The notes below the pieces were generated by a model. That model saw only the letters and a list, made by a program, of their open reading frames with translations, was not told the DNA's origin and searched no databases. The translations under genes and the position numbers were made by a program. A stretch of DNA of 64,000 nucleotides from Methanobacteriota archaeon (GTDB lineage Archaea > Thermoplasmatota > Poseidoniia > Poseidoniales > Thalassarchaeaceae): assembly GCA_002718995.2 (NCBI GenBank), contig PBGL02000007.1, positions 2,306-66,305 of the forward strand, given 5' to 3'. Positions 57,462 through 64,000 of this stretch are shown in pieces (within the stretch, counting starts at the first letter, position 1; each line of letters begins with the position of its first letter).

Positions 57462-58225
57462 TCCATTCCCTCCGTTTCAAAATAGACATCCCTCTCCCTA
57501 GCAAGGAACCTCTCCCCAGAGTCCACGAAAATGGTCTGACCTGTGATGGATCTGGAACGCATGAGGAAGACAACTGCATCTGCTATGTCTCCCGGGGTCG
57601 GACCGAATCCCAATGGGGCCTCGGATTGAGCTCTAGCGAAACCTGCCTCGGTCTGTTCCGGGCTTGGCAGAGTATGCCCCGGTGCCACGGCATTCACTCT
57701 AATGGCTGGTGCTAGGCCTCTTGCCAGAGCATCAGTAACTCCCAACATTGCATACCTTGAGGCAGTGTAAGAAAGGTGGTCGGGATTCGGCTGAGCGACC
57801 TTTTGATCCAATATGTTCACGACGCAAGCCCTCTCTCCATCGGGAAGTCTTCTAACAAGTTCGCCGATTAGCATAATTGGAGATAGGGCATTGACCTCCA
57901 AATGGCCAGACCAAGACTCTGTTGAGATGTTTGAGATGTCGTCATGAGAAAACTTGGATGCATTGTTGACCAGTCCGACAACAGGGCCGAGAGAATCTTC
58001 GGCCTTTGTGATGATTTCCGATACTGACTTGGGGTCGGACAAATCGCATCTGACATGCGTGGCACTACCTCCGTGAGATTGTATCTCTGAAACTACCTCC
58101 TTGGCTTCATTCTCGGAAGAAAAATAGTGGACTGCTACTGAGAATCCACTCTGAGCCAGAGCCAAAGAAATCTGCCTGCCTATCCTAGCTGCCCCGCCAG
58201 TAACAACCACTGTACCGCCGAGCAT
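57458..58225 (-). CDS. Pteridine reductase-like SDR (FolM/PTR1 family)
   Basis: VTGGAARIG, AVHY, LVNNAS, VVNILD, SYTASR, IRVNAVAPG and ITGQTIFVDSG. Translationally coupled to folB. Confidence 0.85.
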   Translation of the reverse strand: MLGGTVVVTGGAARIGRQISLALAQSGFSVAVHYFSSENEAKEVVSEIQSHGGSATHVRCDLSDPKSVSEIITKAEDSLGPVVGLVNNASKFSHDDISNISTESWSGHLEVNALSPIMLIGELVRRLPDGERACVVNILDQKVAQPNPDHLSYTASRYAMLGVTDALARGLAPAIRVNAVAPGHTLPSPEQTEAGFARAQSEAPLGFGPTPGDIADAVVFLMRSRSITGQTIFVDSGERFLARERDVYFETEGMD

Positions 58226-58326
58226 GACACCCCGAGTTAACACACCCCTATTACGGGTTGTTCTTGATAGGCTCTAAGAGGACCTCATGAGAATGGTTAA
58301 TTTCGTACCTCCATCCGAAGGAACTG

Positions 58327-59385
58327 ATGGCCACTCGCCTGCCACTCGCTGGGGACGCCCCTGAAAGTGGCAGCGGATGCGGCGCAACCCCTTCAGGGAG
58401 TACCAAATTAAGAAGTCCCAGGGAAAGGAAGAGGCTTCCAAAGTGGTTCAAAACCTCGCTTCCAGTGGGTGATTCTCAAGTAAGGTACAACGAAACAAAA
58501 AATAGAGTTGTTGAGAATGGCTTGAATACAGTTTGCGAAGAGGCTCGGTGCCCCAACGTTCACGACTGTTGGGGAAGGGGTACTGCGACATTCATGATTG
58601 CAGGGGACGTCTGTACCCGGGGTTGCAGATTCTGTGCGATTGATACTGCTAAGAATCCACCTCCACTCGATTCTTCGGAGCCTGAATCATTGGCGGAAGC
58701 GGTAGGCAGGATGGGCTTGAGTCATGCGGTAATCACGGTTGTCAACAGGGATGATCTGCCTGATGGAGGAGCTAGTCATTACAGAGATTGTATCAAAGCG
58801 ATTCATGAGAGGTCGCCCGATGTTGGCCTTGAGCTACTTTGTTCTGATTTAGACGGAGACATGGGTTCCCTTTCCGCGCTTCTTGAGGAGTTGCCTCTGA
58901 AGGTGTTTGCACATAACGTCGAGTGTGTACCTAGGCTCGACTCGGTAGTCAGGGATCCCAGAGCATCATTCGAACGTTCAATCTCAATCCTAGCAGAGGC
59001 CAAGAGGATTAGACCTGACCTCCTAACAAAAAGCAGCATTATGGTGGGCCTTGGTGAAACGGATGAGGAGGTATCCGAAGCGATGATGAGGCTCCGTTCA
59101 GCAGGAGTGGACATGATTACCTTAGGCCAGTACCTTCAACCTGGCGACAGGCATCTCCAAGTGGATAGATTCCCCGAGCCATCTGCATTTGCGAAATGGG
59201 ACAGGGAGGCAAGGGAAATCGGATTCAGCGCTGTCGCTAGTGGGCCTCTAGTAAGGTCCAGCTACAGAGCGGGTCTACTTTGGGAAGAGGCCAAAGGTGG
59301 GGAGCCTGTAGTCACCAGAGAGTCGACGGGTTCGGCTGTAAGCTTCCTAAAGATCAGCCAGATTGGCCAAACCCAAACAATATGA
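58327..59385 (+). CDS. lipA: Lipoyl synthase
   Basis: CEEARCPNVHDC (CX4CX5C), CTRGCRFC radical-SAM motif, HNVE, GQYLQP and VRSSYRA. Confidence 0.96.
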   Translation: MATRLPLAGDAPESGSGCGATPSGSTKLRSPRERKRLPKWFKTSLPVGDSQVRYNETKNRVVENGLNTVCEEARCPNVHDCWGRGTATFMIAGDVCTRGCRFCAIDTAKNPPPLDSSEPESLAEAVGRMGLSHAVITVVNRDDLPDGGASHYRDCIKAIHERSPDVGLELLCSDLDGDMGSLSALLEELPLKVFAHNVECVPRLDSVVRDPRASFERSISILAEAKRIRPDLLTKSSIMVGLGETDEEVSEAMMRLRSAGVDMITLGQYLQPGDRHLQVDRFPEPSAFAKWDREAREIGFSAVASGPLVRSSYRAGLLWEEAKGGEPVVTRESTGSAVSFLKISQIGQTQTI

Positions 59386-59408
59386 GCATGAATAGAGAGT
59401 GATGAATC

Positions 59409-60650
59409 ATGGCCGGAGATAGTTCTGACATCCCCCTCCATATCCCGGACGCCCCCCATAGGCCTGGTGATGAGTCGGAATTTGCCGATTGGCCATGGAA
59501 GCCGGAAGACCTGGAAATGTTGGAAATTGATTGCTCTGCAGAAGAGTCATCTGAGCATGCAATAGGGCTAGTTAGAGTCCTAGGTGATGATAATAAAGCC
59601 TCTGGGAAGTGGAATCCAGAACTTCCTACAGAGGATCTAAAGAAGGGTCTTGAGCATATGCTAAGGCTTCGAATTTTTGATGATCGGATGATGAAAATGC
59701 AGCGCACTGGTAAGCTTTCCTTCTACATGAGGTCATTTGGCGAGGAGGCAGTAGCAATAGCCCAGACAATGGCTCTAGAAACTCAGGACTGGTTATTCCC
59801 CACATACAGGCAGCCAGGGGCCCAATTTGTCAGAGGGCGTGATATGGTTAGCATGATTTGTCATTGCATTGGTAACGAGGAAGACAACGTGAAGGGCAGG
59901 CAGATGCCAGTCCACTATACGTACAAGGAGGGGAGGTTCATTTCCGTCTCAAGTCCTGTTGGAACACAATTCAGTCAGGCAGTCGGAGTTGCTCTGGCCT
60001 CCAGGTACAAGGAGCTCGACGAGGTGACCATTACATGGATTGGTGATGGTGCTAGTGCTGAGGGGGACTATCACTACGCACTGAACTTTGCAGCCATTTT
60101 CAAGGCCCCGGTCATCCTTAACATCGTAAACAATCAATGGGCGATTTCGACTCACAGTAACTTCGCAAGCGGGCTACAGAATTTTGCCATCAGGGGGATA
60201 CCTTACGGAATACCTAGCATCAGGGTGGATGGAAATGATTTCTTGGCGCTATTCTCAGTAACCAGGTGGGCCAGGCAGAGGGCAGCTAGGGGATTGGGAC
60301 CAACCCACATAGAAGTTCTGACCTATCGCGCTGGGGCCCACAGCAGCAGTGACGATCCGTCCAGGTATAGACCTCGAGATGAAAACGAATACTGGCCCGG
60401 AGGAGATCCAATCGACAGACTGAAGGACCATCTAATCAGTATCGGCGAGTGGACTGAGAAAGATCATGATAAATTATCCGAAAAGCTAGACAATGAGGTG
60501 ATGGCAGCATACAAAGAGGCAGTTAAATTCGGGGATTTAGCGAATGGCCCATACCCCTCATCAGACGCAATCTTTACCGAAGTTTACGAGACTCCGCCCT
60601 GGCACCTAATGGAGCAATGGGACGAAATGAAAAAGTGGAGGGAGGATTAA
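59409..60650 (+). CDS. 2-oxoacid (probably branched-chain) dehydrogenase E1 alpha
   Basis: ThDP motif GDGASAEGD...NNQWAIS, YR...HSSSDDPSRYR and KGRQMPVHY. Confidence 0.92.
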   Translation: MAGDSSDIPLHIPDAPHRPGDESEFADWPWKPEDLEMLEIDCSAEESSEHAIGLVRVLGDDNKASGKWNPELPTEDLKKGLEHMLRLRIFDDRMMKMQRTGKLSFYMRSFGEEAVAIAQTMALETQDWLFPTYRQPGAQFVRGRDMVSMICHCIGNEEDNVKGRQMPVHYTYKEGRFISVSSPVGTQFSQAVGVALASRYKELDEVTITWIGDGASAEGDYHYALNFAAIFKAPVILNIVNNQWAISTHSNFASGLQNFAIRGIPYGIPSIRVDGNDFLALFSVTRWARQRAARGLGPTHIEVLTYRAGAHSSSDDPSRYRPRDENEYWPGGDPIDRLKDHLISIGEWTEKDHDKLSEKLDNEVMAAYKEAVKFGDLANGPYPSSDAIFTEVYETPPWHLMEQWDEMKKWRED

Positions 60651-61660
60651 TGTCTAACATGAATATGGTAGAGTCAGTCAATAGTGCTCTGGACACCATG
60701 CTTTCGAATGACGAAGATGTAATAATTTTTGGAGAAGACGTGGGCTACTTCGGAGGAGTGTTCAGGACTTCTGATGGGCTTCAGGAGAAATTCGGAAAGC
60801 ACCGTGTCTTCGACTCGCCCCTCTCGGAAGGCGGTATTGCCGCCACTGCTTTTGGAATGGGGATAAATGGGCTACGGCCAGTAGTTGAGATTCAATTTGC
60901 GGACTATATTTTCCCGGCATATGACCAGATCGTAAATGAGATGGCAAAGGTTAGACACAGATCCGGGGGCGAGTTCTGGTGTCCCGTCACCATCAGAACT
61001 CCAGCCGGAGGGGGCATTAGAGGGGGGCATCACCACTCACAGTCTCCTGAAGCTCAATTCACACACACGCCAGGGCTCAAGGTCGTCTATTGCTCTACAC
61101 CCTACAATGCAAAGGGACTTCTAATCAGTGCAATTGAAGATAACGATCCAGTAATTTTCCTTGAGCCGAAAAGATGCTACAGGGGTCCATTCTATGGAGA
61201 TCCCCACAACGTCCCAACATGGAGCGGACACCCGGAGGCAGAGGTTCCCGAATCCCACTATTCAATTCCACTTGGAGAGGCTCGATTGGCATTGGAGGGA
61301 GATGACTGTACGGTAATCGCATGGGGCACCATGGTTCATGTTTGTGAACAGGCGATAAAAGATAGTGGCATTTCCTGTGACCTAATCGACCTTCAAACTC
61401 TAGTCCCGTGGGACAGAGAGGCGATTGAGAAATCAATATCCAAAACTGGTCGATGTGTGATTGTCCACGAAGCCCCAAAAACCAGCGGTTTTGGAGCGGA
61501 AATGGTTGCTTCGATACAAGAAAGGTGTTTCTGGAGCCTTGAATCACCAATCGAAAGAGTCACTGGTTGGGACACACCTTTTCCCCATACTACTGAATGG
61601 GATTACATGCCCGGACCGGACAGGATAGCCGCGGCGATCGCGAAAACACAGGAGGATTGA
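60650..61660 (+). CDS. 2-oxoacid dehydrogenase E1 beta
   Basis: FGEDVGYFGGVFR, VEIQFADY, HHSQSPE and DPVIFLEPK. Start overlaps the E1 alpha stop. Confidence 0.93.
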   Translation: MSNMNMVESVNSALDTMLSNDEDVIIFGEDVGYFGGVFRTSDGLQEKFGKHRVFDSPLSEGGIAATAFGMGINGLRPVVEIQFADYIFPAYDQIVNEMAKVRHRSGGEFWCPVTIRTPAGGGIRGGHHHSQSPEAQFTHTPGLKVVYCSTPYNAKGLLISAIEDNDPVIFLEPKRCYRGPFYGDPHNVPTWSGHPEAEVPESHYSIPLGEARLALEGDDCTVIAWGTMVHVCEQAIKDSGISCDLIDLQTLVPWDREAIEKSISKTGRCVIVHEAPKTSGFGAEMVASIQERCFWSLESPIERVTGWDTPFPHTTEWDYMPGPDRIAAAIAKTQED

Positions 61661-61662
61661 GC

Positions 61663-62946
61663 ATGGGAACTTACGAATTCAAGCTTCCAGACATCGGGGA
61701 AGGAGTAGTCGAAGGGGAGGTTGTAACATGGCATGTTTCTGTGGGCGACAAAGTCTCTGAAGATGATCCGCTCGTGGATGTTATGACTGACAAAGCAACG
61801 GTTACCATACCATCCCCCACGGACGGAGTAGTTTCTTCCCTGAGTGGGGACATAGGAGATATGATTGCAGTTGGCACTACTTTGGTAGAGTTCGAAACCG
61901 AAGGATCTCCGGCGGAAACAGAAGAGCCAGTGGAGGAAGAGCCAGTGGAGGATGACCCTGTTCCGGTTACGGAATCAGAGCCCGTGGAGGAAAGGACTGC
62001 AAAGACTGCTCCCCCGAAAGTTTCCCCTCCGCCACCTCAGATCAAAGTGCCTGATGTCACTAGGAAGAAATCGGGTTCCATTTTAGCTAGTCCCGCGGTA
62101 CGAAGAAGGGCCAGAGAATCTGGAGTCGACCTGTTGGGCCTCAACGGGAGTGGTCCTGCTGGGAGAATTCGGCATGCAGATCTCGATGCATTCTTGGCAG
62201 GAGGAGGGGCGGTCATGGGAGCTGCTCCAAGCGCTTATTCGACAAAGAGGACGGACATTACAGAGGTAAAGGTCGTAGGGCTGAGGAGAAAGATCTCCGA
62301 GCAGATGGTGAAGAGTGCTTTCTCCATACCGCATTTCTCATACTTCGAAGAGGTTGATGTTACAGAGCTTGAAGAATTGCGACAAATGCTAAACTCAAGT
62401 AGGTCCCCTGAACAGCCTAAACTGACCTACCTGCCCTTCATCATGCTCGCACTCTCCAAAATTATGCCAGAACATCCTGAATGCAATGGGCACTTCTATG
62501 ATGACTCTGGAGTGGTGCACAGGCACTCAGCAGTCAATCTTGGAATTGCCACTCAAACTGAACGGGGCCTCTATGTCCCAGTCGTCAAACATGTCGAGTC
62601 TCTAGATATCTGGGATGCGGCTAGTGAGTTAATCAGAGTTTCAGGAGCTGCCAGAGAAGGTACGGCGAGTTTGGATGACTTAACCGGTTCAACATTCACA
62701 ATTACGAGCCTTGGCAGAGAAGGCGGACTAGGGGCCACTCCAATAATCAACCACCCTGAGATGTCGATACTTGGTGTCCACAAGGCAAGGGAGATGCCTG
62801 TTGCTAGGAATGGCCATATCGTCGTTCGTAGAATCATGAATCTATCTAGTTCATTCGATCACAGAGTGGTCGACGGGGCCGATGGCGCCAGTCTTATACA
62901 ACACCTAAAGAGGATGCTCGAGCATCCTGCTTTGATCTTCATGTGA
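61663..62946 (+). CDS. Dihydrolipoamide acyltransferase E2
   Basis: Lipoyl domain with MTDKA, E3-binding ASPAVRRRARE and catalytic DHRVVDG. Confidence 0.94.
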   Translation: MGTYEFKLPDIGEGVVEGEVVTWHVSVGDKVSEDDPLVDVMTDKATVTIPSPTDGVVSSLSGDIGDMIAVGTTLVEFETEGSPAETEEPVEEEPVEDDPVPVTESEPVEERTAKTAPPKVSPPPPQIKVPDVTRKKSGSILASPAVRRRARESGVDLLGLNGSGPAGRIRHADLDAFLAGGGAVMGAAPSAYSTKRTDITEVKVVGLRRKISEQMVKSAFSIPHFSYFEEVDVTELEELRQMLNSSRSPEQPKLTYLPFIMLALSKIMPEHPECNGHFYDDSGVVHRHSAVNLGIATQTERGLYVPVVKHVESLDIWDAASELIRVSGAAREGTASLDDLTGSTFTITSLGREGGLGATPIINHPEMSILGVHKAREMPVARNGHIVVRRIMNLSSSFDHRVVDGADGASLIQHLKRMLEHPALIFM

Positions 62947-62955
62947 GGATTCAAA

Positions 62956-64000
62956 ATGGGCGAACTAAGGAAGTGTCAGGTTCTCGTTGTCGGTGCTGGT
63001 CCAGGAGGATACGTTGCTGGGATCAGATCGGGACAATTAGGTCTAGACACAATAGTTGTCGAGGGAGATAAGGCCGGGGGGACCTGTCTAATCAGGGGCT
63101 GTATCCCGAGCAAGGCGATGATTCACGCTGCAGAGCGTTTCGAGTCACTTAGCCAGCATGCATCGGAGGGAGGGCACATGGGAATTTCAGTTTCGGGAGA
63201 GGCTAGCCTAGACATGTCAGCCCTAGTTTCATGGAAAGATGGAATTGTTGAACGATTAAACAAGGGTGTCGAGGGGCTTTTGAAGGCAGCTGGTGTAGAG
63301 CTGGTCAAGGGTTGGGCGAATTTCACATCCTCCAATAGGTGTTTAGTGGATACTTCGGAGGGAACTATCGAAATCGAGGCGGAAAATGTCATACTGGCCA
63401 CTGGGTCTAGTCATATCGACTTACCATTTATGCCGTGTGATGAAGAATTTATTCTCTCATCAACTGGTGCCCTAGATCTTAAGAATCTACCAAAAAAGGT
63501 GGCAATTGTTGGAGGGGGGTACATTGGCCTAGAGCTGGGTTGTGCCCTCGCCAAGCTGGGTTCCGATGTAACTGTGGTCGAGGGCATGGACAGCATACTT
63601 GGCATATTCGACAAGGAATTGCGTAGGCCGCTAGAAATATGGCTGAAGAAACACGGAGTCGCCGTACACACCAACTCCCTCGCTAGAGGGGCAGAAGTGA
63701 AGGGGAAGGGTGCCTCGAAGAAGGTCGAGTTGAAATTCGAGAAGGAAGGGGAAGAGCACACTCTGAAAGTAGACAAGGTATTGGTTACTGTTGGAAGAAG
63801 TCCAAACACCAGAAACTGGGGATTGGAAAAGACTGGAGTGAGGATGGATGCAACAGGGCGATTCATCAGGATAGACAGACAATGCAGAACTAATGTTCCA
63901 GGAGTATATGCAATAGGGGATGTCTCCGGAGAACCTATGTTGGCTCACAAAGCCAGTGCCCAAGGAGAAATGGTAGCAGAAATAATCTCAGGGCTTGATA
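62956..64000 (+). CDS. lpdA: Dihydrolipoamide dehydrogenase E3 (runs off the window end)
   Basis: MGELRKCQVLVVGAGPGGYVAG, GGTCLIRGCIPSKA, GGGYIGLELG and YAIGDV...PMLAHKA. Absent from the ORF track because it has no stop in the window. Confidence 0.93.
   Translation, partial: MGELRKCQVLVVGAGPGGYVAGIRSGQLGLDTIVVEGDKAGGTCLIRGCIPSKAMIHAAERFESLSQHASEGGHMGISVSGEASLDMSALVSWKDGIVERLNKGVEGLLKAAGVELVKGWANFTSSNRCLVDTSEGTIEIEAENVILATGSSHIDLPFMPCDEEFILSSTGALDLKNLPKKVAIVGGGYIGLELGCALAKLGSDVTVVEGMDSILGIFDKELRRPLEIWLKKHGVAVHTNSLARGAEVKGKGASKKVELKFEKEGEEHTLKVDKVLVTVGRSPNTRNWGLEKTGVRMDATGRFIRIDRQCRTNVPGVYAIGDVSGEPMLAHKASAQGEMVAEIISGLD

Noticed and set aside
61921-61950. 15-bp tandem repeat GAAGAGCCAGTGGAG in E2
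   Set aside because: It encodes EEPVE twice in the flexible linker, which is ordinary for E2 subunits.

Overview
An archaeal chromosomal window of about 50% GC. Archaeal-type AlaRS, DTD2, Rpo7/Spt4, S24e/S27ae, RtcB/archease and an XPD helicase, together with many giant acidic surface proteins and amino-acid catabolism genes, point to Thermoplasmatota, most likely Ca. Poseidoniales (Marine Group II). This placement is inferred from gene content. The window has about 40 CDS, three intron-less tRNAs (Thr-GGT, Ser-GGA, Leu-TAA) and no recognisable rRNA, CRISPR array, transposase or integrase. Five giant membrane-anchored extracellular proteins take up about 27.8 kb (43%). Most notable observations: (i) a non-canonical polar amino acid ABC importer, whose family-3 binding protein is circularly permuted and lacks the usual ligand residues, and whose permease is fused to an extracellular YCF48/BNR beta-propeller; (ii) a structured leader with a box C/D-type kink-turn and mutually exclusive helices in front of the rpoE'-spt4-S24e-S27ae operon; (iii) a lysine-less lipoyl/biotinyl-like domain inserted in a Ca-binding repeat surface protein; (iv) a 2,984-aa transglutaminase-like surface protein with an altered catalytic triad; (v) several palindromic operator candidates and small ORFs below the ORF-track cut-off. 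All calls come from reading motifs by eye. No database search was run, and start codons are best estimates.
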